In this document: positions 14,521 through 27,237 of the stretch, piece by piece | Layout of the letters: each line of letters opens with the position of its first letter | How positions within the stretch are numbered: position 1 is the first letter of the stretch | From: Octopus vulgaris | Taxonomy: Eukaryota | NCBI GenBank assembly: GCA_951406725.2 | Contig: OX597825.1 | Coordinates: 88,598,001 to 88,662,000 of the forward strand | Direction of reading: 5' to 3' | Length of the DNA stretch: 64,000 nucleotides | The notes under the pieces: model-generated | What the model was told of the DNA's origin: nothing | Seen by the model: the letters and a program-made list of their open reading frames with translations, nothing else | Database searches by the model: none | Translations under genes and position numbers: made by a program

Positions 14521-15379
14521 AATGATGGGGGTCAGGTTTAGCTTCGACGCCGCAAACTCCTCGCCACCACTGGAAACTTTAGTGTAATCTTATAGATGCA
14601 CTATGTGGGTTTATTCTTTCACAAGAAACTCGCCACAGCCTTCCTTATTTTTCCATATTGATCAGGTTACAAGCATTTTCTCTCCACCCTTCTTTTCCTC
14701 TAAAGGTGGTAGGTGAAGTAATGCACCAGTCCAATGCTGGAGATAAATGTGTCTGTCACGATTCCTTTCATGCGGGTCCCCATGTAGAGAGAGAGAGAGA
14801 GAGAGAAAATAAAGGTAGAGAAATGAGTTATTATGTAAGGATTTGAGTAGAGAAGAAAGGTTTTGCTTCTCTTCGCTGCTCTTGTACTACTCCGACTTTG
14901 GTATAGTGAGAAAGAAATATAAACCATTTAACATTCAGACAAATGCGTGACTACTTCGGAAAAAAAAAGCAATAACCTCTTTTTGTTCCAGATGCGATCT
15001 TACTCCGAATCTTTACAAGTTAATAACAATTCCACACAGAGTCAACGACAACCAGCGACATACAGAAGTACATTTTTACAGAACGAAAGAGAAAAAACAT
15101 CTGTAAACATTACAGATATTTGTTTCCAACAAAGAAGCTTAGTGACATTTTTAGAAAGTGGACAAAATTCATGACGTTCAGGGGTACATATCAACAGTAA
15201 GATTATAAATGTAATCAATATAGCACACCGAATCCTTTTAACCCTAACTCTTACCCAAATTATCTCCCAGCGGCTAAAGTTCAAACCGACATCTCACACT
15301 TCCAACAGGAAAGAAATACGAAACGTTTTGTCAGGTGTCTGTAGAAAGCTATGCATAACAAATGGATTGCAGCGACACA

Positions 15380-15530
15380 CCTGGCTGTGGGGTTTAGAAG
15401 ATCATTTTCCTATCACGTTGTTCCGGTTTCAAGTTGCACTGCGTGGAATCTTCGGCAAGTGTCTTCAACTATAGCAACGGAGCGTCTATCTTGTGGATGA
15501 ATATGGTAAACGGAAACTCTGCAGAAAAAA
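15380..15530 (+). mobile_element. tRNA-derived SINE family 1, decayed
   Basis: Similar to 18488-18580 and to the reverse complement of 16040-16180 and 36573-36720. Confidence 0.65.
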
Positions 15531-15715
15531 CGTTATACATAAATATATACATACATACTTACATCATAGCTCACCATGTATATATATATATATATATATA
15601 TCAATTGAAACTTATTCTTTGTAAGGCTGGTACTTATCCAGTTGGGCCCGATTGCTGAACCGCTAAGTTACGGGGACCTAAACACACACATACAAACACA
15701 CTCACACACACACAC

Positions 15716-15767
<52 letters not shown>

Positions 15768-16039
15768 TAAATAAATGGCACAACGAAGCACCGATATTTA
15801 CTGGAAAATAGCGAACGTAATAAATACGACGCTAATGTATAGCATCACTGCGTATCTACTAGTAAAGATGCGTGTGTGTAACAAACATGAAAAAATTGTC
15901 TTACCTCTAGGAAGAACATCTGAAAAATGAAAAACCTAGAAACGGATAAAAAAGGACCGGTTTCAGACTCTCCAAAGTACGTTTGCTAACGTATATTTGA
16001 TTTTTCATCATCAGCTGCATAAACCTCGTACAACAGGAT

Positions 16040-16180
16040 TCTTTCAGTTTACATCTACCAAATCAACTTACAAGGCTTTGGTCGTCCCAAGACTATAAAA
16101 GACACTTGCCCAAGATACCACGCTGTGGGACAGAACCTGTCCGCATATGGTTGAGAAGTAAGCTTCTTACCACATAGCCA
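16040..16180 (-). mobile_element. tRNA-derived SINE family 1
   Basis: Minus strand ggctatgtggtaagaagctt...ggttc...cttgggcaagtgtc; A/B-box-like head. Confidence 0.75.
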
Positions 16181-17607
16181 TATCAAATTTCAGGAGTAAA
16201 GCAAACAACAAAATCTTTTCCTTCATACCACAGCAGAACTTCTAGAAAACATTATTTTTCTTATTCTTTAAACACTTCACTATTTGTAATTACGAACAGA
16301 ATTTATTGTTTTGAGAGCTAAAGAAGTTTTAGTTGTCTAACATGTATTATTGCTATCGAATTTATCGAATATTTGAACTTCATCGTTTCCTATTGCTGTG
16401 AATGTATTGAATACTTAAAATTTAATTATGTAATTTTGTTATGAAACCTATTAAAGATTTTATTTGAATTTTTAGCAAGTTTTATTGTCATGAAATTTGT
16501 CCTTTCAAATCTCTTTCCTTTAAACATTTAAGTTGTTTTTGATTTTTCATTCGCCAGTCGGCAATGATGAGGAAACCGGTATGGTATTTTAATAAGATTA
16601 AATTTTAGAATCCTTACAAAGACCCATAAAATCCAATTCTCTTAATATTCCTACTTGAGTGGCAGTAAAACAAATTTTTCCATATAGTCACCCATATATA
16701 TCTGTGTGAGTGGTTATACGAGTTATTTATTATGGCTCATTCAACTTGCAAAAATCTCGTTCAAATTGAAATCTCCAAATCTGTGATCAAAGCGGTTTTG
16801 AAATCTTTGCACAAAGCCCGACGGCATATGCTATACACATTTGCTATTAAATCAGAAAAAAGCTCAGAATACATTGAGCACTATTACTTTAATAGATTGT
16901 AAAAGTTCCTAGTTCGATGAAACTACACTATTTTCGCCACATCCATATCTTTACTCTCATATATGCATGTTGGTGTCATACGCACATCCCTATGTATATG
17001 TTTGTGAGTGTATTCATATATCCGTATATGTGTGTGTCTATACATGTATGTGTGTACTTGTTATCAATGTGTGTGTATTTGTATATATATATACAAGGAG
17101 AAGATGAGAGAAATTCAACAGAAATGTGTTTGTCAATTTAAGTTAATTTAAGTTTTAAAATCAATTTGGCTTTATTCTGTGCTCCTTTCACGCCGAGCAC
17201 TGGTAGCACACTGACGAATGTGCTCGCTTCATACATAAAATGTTTTACAACAGTAACAAAAGTAGCCGTTGTTCACTACCAAAATGTCAGCATTGACTGA
17301 ATTTGAAACTGACCATTATCATGTCTTCACTCTTCAACTGGAATCTAGCTGGCGTTATGTCCAAAAAGATAATATTGTGAATTTTCTAGAAAGTAAGAAG
17401 AATACTGAAATTATCTTCGAAATAATTAAACAACTTCCTTTAGCTTTTCAGCAAAGTTCGTTTCTCGTAAATATTATTTCGTTGGATTAATGCCATATAG
17501 TTTTCTCTTCGACGCGGGTATTCGTTGAATATGGCCTCACCCAACAATTACGATAAGTTTGTATTTTTGTATACACGTCGTTAGGCGACAACTAAACTTA
17601 GTCGTCA

Positions 17608-17657
<50 letters not shown>

Positions 17658-17750
17658 TTAGAGACAAAACCACTATTTTGCAAAACATAAAATTGGATTT
17701 AATCCTAAATCTGATTTTTTCCCTGTAAATTTGGATTTATTCCCTAATAT

Positions 17751-17801
<51 letters not shown>

Positions 17802-18487
17802 AACCTATATGATCTAAAATATATTCAATGTAGGTACGTTCGCTATGCATATGTTGATTATTTCCTAATACTTGTACCACCGATTCTTATGATTTCCTTG
17901 TGAATATGTTTATCGACTTGTGCCATTATCTAATCCTGCATACACCTGCTACACTCTAAAATTTAACTGACCTCCATGCATAGTAAGATTTATGGCCAAT
18001 GATGCAACACGGAGAATCATAAACAAGTATATTCCATTATTGAATTTTCATTCAGCATGTTTATCTCTTTTCGTTATTTCTTACAATAAATCTTGGTAAA
18101 CATCTCTGGAAATTTCTTCATTACATTTAGGTCAATATATGTGAAACATATTTAAAAGAGTGGAATATAGTTTGAAGCATAAAACATGGACGAAAATCTA
18201 TTAACGACATTCCATGATAACTGCAAATTACGCTGCATAAAGATTGTAGATAAATCATAAACATTAAAAGAATTTATAAGAAGTATTTTGTGTTAACAAC
18301 ATAGTAATTGCATCATGTCTTCCCTAGATTTAGATTTTGAAAAACGTATTTTATATTAAGACAAAATTTGTCCCATGAGAAATGTTTGTATTTTATGATG
18401 TTCAGTCATATTATTTATATCCAGTTGTTGGGTTTTGGTTATAAGTTATTTTTCCGCACTAAAAATAAAGAATTACTATATATTATA

Positions 18488-18580
18488 GGCGCAGACGTGG
18501 CTGTGTGGTAAGTAGCTTGCTGCTACCACATAGTTCCGGGTTCAGTCTCACTGCGTGGCCCTTTGGGCAAGTGTCTTCTG
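18488..18580 (+). mobile_element. tRNA-derived SINE family 1, 5' part
   Basis: ggcgcagacgtggctgtgtggtaag (A box) ... ccgggttcagtctc (B box) ... gggcaagtgtcttc. Confidence 0.75.
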
Positions 18581-18868
18581 ATGATCAACCAGATGCCCAC
18601 GGATAATACAGACTATAGTGTAATAATCCCAAGGATACCGACTCTGATGTTAAAAGCATGTGATTTGTGGAAATGCGCGTAGACATGTATCAAATATTTA
18701 TAAATTCCATCCTAGAATTACTGTTAGTAATATATTTATCTTGAATCATATCGGTATAACCCTGATGAAACCCTGACAGACTAACATACTACTCAATATC
18801 ATTAGGCGGAAGCCAGCATAATAAAATAGAAGCTGTAATAGCATCCCACTAATATTATCATAACCGAA

Positions 18869-18899
<31 letters not shown>

Positions 18900-19127
18900 A
18901 TCAGAAAATGGAGAAAACCTGAGATCACCAACTACATCAATTGGACCACATTTATAGCTTATTATTTAATACGGCCATGACAAAACATTTATGACATAAC
19001 AAATCTTACGCCAGTTTCCGCATATGATGCCAGTCAATGTCTACAAATGATTGCGAATTTTTTTTTTACCCCTCTGCAAAAGAATTTTATTTAATTCATT
19101 TTGCAGGAGGGACTGCTTCGGCCGGAT

Positions 19128-19189
19128 CGTGTTCTGCCCTTACCTTCGAAACACGCATTGAGTCGAACCAGGGGCAGCTGATGAAGGGG
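19128..19189 (+). ncRNA. Non-circularly permuted hammerhead ribozyme candidate, copy B
   Basis: CGUGU-U^-CUGCCC-uuac-CUUC-GAAA-CACG ... GGGCAG-CUGAUGA-A-GGGG; predicted cleavage after GUU at 19133. Confidence 0.72.
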
Positions 19190-19310
19190 AATATTTCTTG
19201 TATTGTTTGTCTTGTACTCTGTTTTTTCGTTGTTAAAAGTTCGTTTCCTTGTTTGTTTATATGTTTTCGTTTCTCGTTGTGTTCTACGTTTATTTGTGGT
19301 GTCCTGTACT

Positions 19311-19347
<37 letters not shown>

Positions 19348-19590
19348 ATATATATGCATGTATATATACATATAGATCTAGGTATGTACATATATGTATG
19401 TATGCATGTTTTATTTGTTAAATGGTTATTATATGATTGAACGCCTCACGTCACTTTCTTATTTCGCCAAGTTTTTATTATAATAATTATGACGCGCACT
19501 ATCAACTTTTTACTTGACTTTTCTTTCCTTCCTGTCTGTATTCCTCTCTGTCTGTCTATCTCCTTCTTATTTTTCACCCTTTCTGGTTTC

Positions 19591-19630
<40 letters not shown>

Positions 19631-19945
19631 ACTACTCCTCTCTCTGGCCGCTGACCGGACTACTAAACTTCCTTTCTGCTTGCTGCTTTCAACAAGTCAA
19701 CATCGACTTTCTTCTTGTCTCCAACAAGTCGATCTCCTGAATTGCTTTCCAACGAATTTTTCTACCGTCTAGGCTTAAAAAAGCCCTTACTGTTGGTTTC
19801 CTTGTCCTGTTTTTATTCGTTATGTGTACTGTATTTTTATTTATTTGTTTTGCTTTTACGTCCTGTTCTTGTCACTTTTTTTTTTACCCCTCTGCAAAAG
19901 AATTTTAGTTAATTCATTTTGCAGGAAGGGCTGCTTCGGGCGGAT

Positions 19946-20007
19946 CATGTTATACCCTTACCTTCAAAACACGCATTGAGTCGAACCAGGGGCAGCTGAT
20001 GAAGGGG
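19946..20007 (+). ncRNA. Degenerate copy C of the permuted hammerhead
   Basis: Same as copy B but GAAA>AAAA, CGUG>CAUG, CUGCCC>AUACCC; probably inactive. Confidence 0.55.
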
Positions 20008-20128
20008 AATATTTCTTGTATTGTTTGTCTTGTACTCTGTTTTTTCGTTGTTAAAAGTTCGTTTCCTTGTTTGTTTATATGTTTTCGTTTCTCGTTGTGT
20101 TCTACGTTTATTTGTGGTGTCCTGTACT

Positions 20129-20179
<51 letters not shown>

Positions 20180-20296
20180 ATATATATGCATGTATATATA
20201 CATATAGATGTAGGTATGTACATATATGTATGTATGCATATGTTTTATTTGTTTGTTTGTTATATATATATATATATATAAATATATATATGTATG

Positions 20297-20342
<46 letters not shown>

Positions 20343-20445
20343 TGAAAAATAGGATGAATTTTTATAAGATTTTATCAAGTAGTTAGCGGGAAAAACATCA
20401 TAAGGGAAAAAACTATAAAAAATACCTCTTAAATATATTTTTATT

Positions 20446-20686
20446 TATATTAAGGGCATTACTATATATAAATCTCTCACGCAATGAATGACTCTTAAAA
20501 TTCAATACTACCATAATAAATAAATACATTGTACCGAACGCAAGGGAATGCAAGTCTCGAAGCGAGTATTTTAAAACCAGAATTCAGTTGCATTCCCTCG
20601 TGTTCGGTACAATGTGTTTATTTATTTTGCTAATTATGACTTTAAGAGTCCCTCCTAGAGTGAGGCATGTATGTATAGTAATGCCC

Positions 20687-20694
<8 letters not shown>
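20446..20694. repeat. About 250-bp imperfect fold-back (inverted repeat)
   Basis: Ends tatattaagggcattactata / tatagtaatgcccttaatata; inner 39-bp arms 20515-20553 and 20588-20626 with 3 differences. Confidence 0.85.
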
Positions 20695-20724
<30 letters not shown>

Positions 20725-21009
20725 TATACATATATATATACACATATATACATATATATATACACATATATACATATATATAAATATATATACATATATA
20801 TATACACATATATACATATAAATATATATACATATATATATATATACACATATATACATATATATGAATATATATATATACATATGTATACATATATATA
20901 CATATATATACATATATATATATACATATATATATATATACATATATATATATACATATATATATACACACATATATATATATACATATATATATATACA
21001 TATATATAT

Positions 21010-21066
<57 letters not shown>

Positions 21067-21133
21067 CATATATATACATATACATATATATACATATATA
21101 TACATATATACATATATATACATATATATATAC

Positions 21134-21166
<33 letters not shown>

Positions 21167-21231
21167 CATATATATACATATATATATATATATATACATA
21201 TATACAGATATATACATATATATATATATAT
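20695..21231. repeat. Long degenerate (TA)/(CATA) microsatellite
   Basis: Direct inspection. Confidence 0.95.
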
Positions 21232-22361
21232 ACGGAGATAGAGTGAAAGAGAGGGAAGCAGAGAAATAGAGAGGGAGATACGCAAACATACGCGCGAGCA
21301 CACGTCCACACCTATGTATGTATGTGCGTGTGAGTGTGTATATGATTTGTGTTGCGGAAGCAACCATTGATTATAACGTAACGCTTATGCGTTTGCATAT
21401 GTACTAGAAATATATAGGTGATACTGCTTTTTTATCCACGTCTCTTTAACGCATTCCTAGCTAAAAGAAGCTTTTCGAAACATATATTTTCGAAAAAAAA
21501 TCCCTCTTTCTACATTTCCAATAAAACATAATTGCATTTTCAATTCAAGGGAAAAGTATTTTCGATAAATTTCCGATATTTCCTAACTTTTTATTTAGTT
21601 CGTCAATAGTTGTTTTAATGAAGAATATTAAAATAGCAAGAAAAATACGTTAAACTAACAGGATATTGCGTACGTATTCATCGATTACTTTTGATAAAGC
21701 AAAATTGAAAATATGCAGTTGAGGAGGTGAGTAACAAAACAAATTTCATATATATATATTCTGCAGTACAATTCTTTCGAAAAAATATCAAAGTCTGTTT
21801 TATTTATACAATTTAATAAAATATTAAAATCGATAAAAGAAAAGAGAAACGAAATAGTTCAATGATACAAAATGGTGGAGATATACATATATTATGTAAG
21901 AAGCAGATACGCGTGTGTGAGTGAGTTTAATTTCAATGAATCAAAACTTTCCTGAATATAATAAATATACATCAAACGCAGCCCAATGTTTGCCAGACTT
22001 ATTTTTTATGCCCATTGTCGTTTCAATTATTCAAATTAGGTTATAAATATATTTCCCGCTTGTCTATGACAAAGTATATCGTTGTGGTGGAACCGTGTTA
22101 GAACAACGACTGTGATTATGACAGCCACTGAGGCAGAAACATGAGCCAACAGATGTACTCATATATCCAAATAACAATACGATGCTCCTCAGTGACATTC
22201 CGATTGTGGAGATACTTTCATTTGTGAAATTATCTCCCTTTTTTATTGATTTAAATATTTGAAGAATCCAACTTGAATGTGTTTGTGTGTGTGGGTGGGT
22301 GTGGGTGTATACAGAGAGGGAGAGAGAACGAAATATAGATATACATACACATACATGTGTG

Positions 22362-22410
<49 letters not shown>

Positions 22411-22778
22411 CTTGAAACACAGCTGAAGTAACTTAGTAATTTAGCTAAACGAATCGTTATAATTGATGCTTAACCCGAAAAGAAGAGACTAAAATGCAGA
22501 AAAAAATAACAATAAAAGAACACGAGTAGAAAATAAATATGATTAGTTATTCTTCAACTTTTAGCCGAAGCAACTTCGAAATATTCTCTGACGTCCAAGT
22601 TCGAAATTTTCACTGACGTATAACTATACAAGCTCTATTAATAAATATCGCAGCATAGTACATATATATATGCACTTGTCTTATCTATACATTTTTTCTG
22701 CCTGATTTATTTACTTCGCGTACACGTCATATGTATACTCAAGTTTGGCGTATGTGTGTGTGTGTGTGTGTGTGTTCA

Positions 22779-22910
22779 GCCGCGTGGCTTAATGGTTAGG
22801 GTGTCTGTATCATGATCGTAAGATTGTGGTTTCGATTCCTGTACCGAGCAACGCGTTGTGTTCTTGAGCAAAACACTTCATTTCACGTTGCCCCAGTTCA
22901 CTCAGCTGGC
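22779..22910 (+). mobile_element. tRNA-derived SINE, family 2
   Basis: gcgtggcttaatggttaggg (A box), ggtttcgattcc (B box), followed by a cttgagcaaaacacttc...ccagttcactcagctg core. Confidence 0.75.
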
Positions 22911-22938
22911 AAGACTTTAAAAGGGCGCTTCTATTTAT

Positions 22939-23065
<127 letters not shown>

Positions 23066-24220
23066 ACAGTTTATAACCAATGGGTACATTTCAGCAGTTT
23101 ACGTGGACGGTTTCCATACCAATTCGTCCTGTGCAATATTTAAACAAAGAGAGGTAAATGTATATAGCACAGATAACGACGAAAAGCATTTGCCGATCTA
23201 CGGAAGCTGCAATTCTGCAGTAACCAATAAACGTGATATTTCAGGTAATGGAGCAGAAGACTCAAATCATTTTCAACAAATTTAAAGTGATCCCGAATGG
23301 CATGACAGCAAAAGTCTCCTCTTTAAACTTTAAAAGTAATTTTATAAGATTTTATCTCTAAAGAGAAATTTAGCGTTAACAAATCAAATACGCATTCACG
23401 CTCCAGATTATATTCTTAAATGCATTCGATCTTTAATTTTCTAAGTTATATCAAAATTGATAAAACACAAACATCTAAACGAATACAAAACCAGTTTACA
23501 AGAGTGGATTCTTTTTAAGTCATTTACGGGGAAGGAGCTCAAGAGCCAAATTCCTTCAAAGTATTTCGAGCGGTTATTTATGTTAAATAAGTATTACCAC
23601 ATATATAAGTATCTTGTCATGTGATATATACATTCTTTTGAAATAGAGATAAGTATTTGATATTCGATAAGATCCATATCGTATAGTAATGGAACCAGAT
23701 TGGTTTTCTTTAGCAATTTCCTTTCCGCATTACATTCGAGGCAATGCGATCGTGTCAAGGCTCTTTCATTTTGCTAAATATAAATACATAAAAATATATT
23801 TGTGTGAAACTGTTTTAGCTAAAAGCAATGATTAAACTAAAAAGCGTCTGTACGCTCACCACTCACACCAATTTGCTTTTCAATATATTTCTAACAGATC
23901 TGTTCAGATATCACTGATATCTTCTGTGACTTCCACCTTTAGGTTGAACGATACTTCACAATGTGCTGCAATATATTCACACATAGCTACAGATTTATTC
24001 TATTACAGTGTCATCTGCAACTCAATTATCAAGATCTCACTGTTTAATAATTCGTTTTACTGAGTTTGTTAAGTAATATGAACGAGGTTTACAAAATAAG
24101 GCAAGAAATAATGGATCCGAATCCAACAGGAACTTTCGAAATTCATCCTTTTGGGCGTTTCGCGATAAAAAGAAAAAAAAACATCATCATCTAAATTCAC
24201 AAGAAGCCGAACGTATACAA

Positions 24221-24510
24221 GGATCAGTAGTTAGAGCGTCGAGCTTACGATCGTGAGCTTGTGAGTTCGAATCCCAGCCCGAGGTCCAGTTCACTCAGCT
24301 ATAGAAATGAGTTGCGACGTCACTGGTGCCAAGCTGTATCGGCCTTAGTCTTTCCCTTGGATAACACTGGTGGCGTGGAGAGGAGAGGATGGTAAGCATG
24401 CGTGACTGCTGGTCTTCCATAAACAAACTTGCCCGGACTTGTGTCTCGAATGGTAAATTTCTAGGTGCATTCCCATGGTCATTTGTGACCAAGGTGGTCT
24501 CCGACAGGTA
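24221..24510 (+). mobile_element. tRNA-derived SINE related to family 2
   Basis: tcagtagttagagcg, gagttcgaatccc, ccagttcactcagct shared with 22779-22910. Confidence 0.7.
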
Positions 24511-25707
24511 ACACCGCAACATAAATTCCAGAAAAGTGGTAAATATGTAAAAACATTTTGATCCACCGTTATATGTTCGGTTTTATTGGTGTTTCCTATT
24601 TGCCTGTTGAAGTTAATTAATTATGCGTCTATAGAAGTAAAATTATAGTAACATGGTACTCGCGCCATTTTCTCTCCCTCTTCCTACATCGATATAACTC
24701 CTTGTTTTGTTATATCTAAGTATATAATTGTTATTACGTAATGAGAAATAACTTTTGGCCATGAACCTGCTACGGGTAAACAGGTGACAATGTAAGAAAA
24801 TATAAATAACGAATTATCGGAAGAAGAAAAGCAGCCCAAATATTGTTACGCACGATTGTGTGTGTTTATGAGTGTGCGTGTGTGTGTGTTTATGAGTGTG
24901 CGTGTGTGTGCGTGAGTATGTGTGTGCATTGTAAAATCAACTTTACTACTTGACATTCGGGGCGATAAATAAGTTACTTGTCCACCATGGAAATCTATCT
25001 TTACATTTCGCTCACTCTTTTACATCGTTTCCTGTCTTTGAAAATCAATTGCGCTTTGTTCTGAGAGTGGATGGAAACCTCCACGTCTACCAATGTATAA
25101 AATAATACATCGATTCTACAATGCTAGAAATGGCTTGAAACCAAGACGAAAAGAACACAAGACAATCCTAGAATCGGTAAAAAGGATTCATTCGTATACA
25201 GTCGCGATATATGAAAGGGAATGTGAATATATTTATTTAACCACTGTTATACTTAGTGATACGGCTGTTTCGCAACCGGAAAAATGTTATGATTTTTGTA
25301 TAAAAAATCATTTCACAAACCTGTACAAATATACATGCTGCGTATTGTACAATAATATTGTATATTTAACAACCAATGGGTATAAAGAATGCTAGCTCAC
25401 CACTTCACGAGAATATCATTCTTACATCAATGCTTATACTCTAAATATTTAGAGAAAAATTTCCCTTTGTACATATAACGTATGGAAGACCGACACTAGA
25501 AAAAATTACTATGGCATGGTCAATAAAAATAAATATAAATGTTGATAATATTTTGAATCACATCGATAAAGATCCCGAATATATGTTTAGCCGAACATTA
25601 GGCGCGGTTGCCAGTGATATATAATATAACGTCAACCGATACCTTGTTCGATCGCATGAGCACGTGATATAAATACATACACACTCACACACTCACAGAC
25701 ACACATA

Positions 25708-26030
25708 TCTATATATATAAAACTCAACTTGTGTGTCTGTGTGTTTAACTTCCCGGCACATCTCCTCCGAGCCAACAAATCAAAAATGGGTCACTTAAAG
25801 TTTAGGCGAATGAAAATTGAACTGCGCTATTTCTGTTCCGAAATTCATCTCGCAAGTGCAAAAATCGATAATGTGTTTGTTTAGGCCTTATCCCATGCAT
25901 TGAATAGTGAACTTAACTCAGTCAGCTGTTTGACATGAACTGTGTTCACCACGCGTGCAAGCATGCGTAAATTGCATGAAAAATAAAAAATCAAGATATA
26001 AAAACGAGTCGCCGTAAACATTGTAGAAAT
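25708..26030 (+). mobile_element. Possible Helitron-type non-autonomous 5' end
   Basis: A|TCTATATATATAAAA start followed by tgtgtgtctgtgtg; no 3' CTAG hairpin identified; right boundary approximate. Confidence 0.35.
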
Positions 26031-26244
26031 TCGGCAAAGAAATGAATTTTCGGGATGTAGCCTGGAGGGTTTTTTCGTATTAATCGTCTGGACTTTGTGA
26101 ACACATACTAATTGTTTTCATAACATTTTTAACGCTTTGAATTAAATGTGACCATTTTGCGTTGAGTCTGCAGTTTGAATCACTTTAACGAGACCGAGCC
26201 GTGAAAATTGAAAAGGAAGTACGCTTCAGATATGAATACAAAAT

Positions 26245-27237
26245 TCATACAAAAAGGAGCGACCAGTTTGTCATCATCGGCAAATAGTAGGGTGTGTTGG
26301 GAAAGTCATTTATGAAGACTAAGAACAATAAGGGCCCAAGCACTGAACCTTGAGGCACGCCACTGCTCGCACTGGAGACGTCGGACTGCGAACCATTAAC
26401 TTGGACTTGGAAGGAGCGATCTGAGAGGAAGGAACCAACACATCGTACAATATCCGGATGGAAACTATATGCTTGAAGCTTGACAAGTAATAGGCGGTGG
26501 TTTACCGAGTCAAAAGCTTTGGCAAAGTCCAATAAAACAATGTCAACAGCAAATCTATCATCGAGGATGCGCGTCACCAATTCTTCCATTACCAGTAAGT
26601 TGGTTAAGCATGATCTCTTCGGCACAGAGCCGTGTTGGGAATCAGAGATAGAGGCTGTGTTTTGGAGGTGGAGCATCATACTTTTCTTAAGAATGGTTTC
26701 GAACATCTTGCTGATTATTGATGTAAGGGAATCCTGTCGGTAGTTTAGCGGGTCTTCGCGGCTCCCTTTCTTGAAAATTGGGCAGATTATCGCTGTTCTC
26801 CAGTCCGCAGGTATAACACCCATCGCCAATGACATATTGAATAGACGTGTTAAGGGCTCGCAGATGACCGGAACCAACGCTTTGATAACCCGTGGGTGTA
26901 TGCCGTCAGGGCCGTGACCCTTGTTGACATCGAGGCCTTGAATAACGCGTTCGACTTCGTCCCGCGTGATGACCAATCGAAGCATTGGAGGTACCGATCT
27001 ATCAAATGGAGGGGGTTCACGACCATCAACTTGTTTGAAAATAGTTGAAAAAGCCTCGGCAAATAATTGACTCTGTTGATAAGGGTCCTCAATCGATACG
27101 CCTGTTGAGTCTACCAACGTTGCAATTTGGTTGGTCAAGCGGGAATTCCGTTGGACATGGGCAAAGAAGGTTTTTTGGATTGCGACTGCCGTTTTCCATG
27201 ATTCTGTATTCATATCTGAAGCGTTTTTCCTTTTCAA
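26245..27237 (-). pseudogene. LINE reverse transcriptase fragment (330 aa)
   Basis: RT motifs in the provided ORF; frameshift just before the ADD motif. Confidence 0.85.

Larger units (their letters stand above)
19058..20253 (+). mobile_element. Non-coding partial-tandem element (about 360-bp direct repeats, 818-bp period), family Y
   Basis: 19058-19419 is repeated at 19876-20253; each copy carries the permuted hammerhead motif; no meaningful ORF. Confidence 0.8.

Noticed and set aside
19144-19189. Conventional type II hammerhead cleaving at GUC 19162-19164
   Set aside because: No helix I forms between that GUC and CUGAUGA, and helix III would be only 2 bp; the permuted fold gives 5-6 bp covarying helices.
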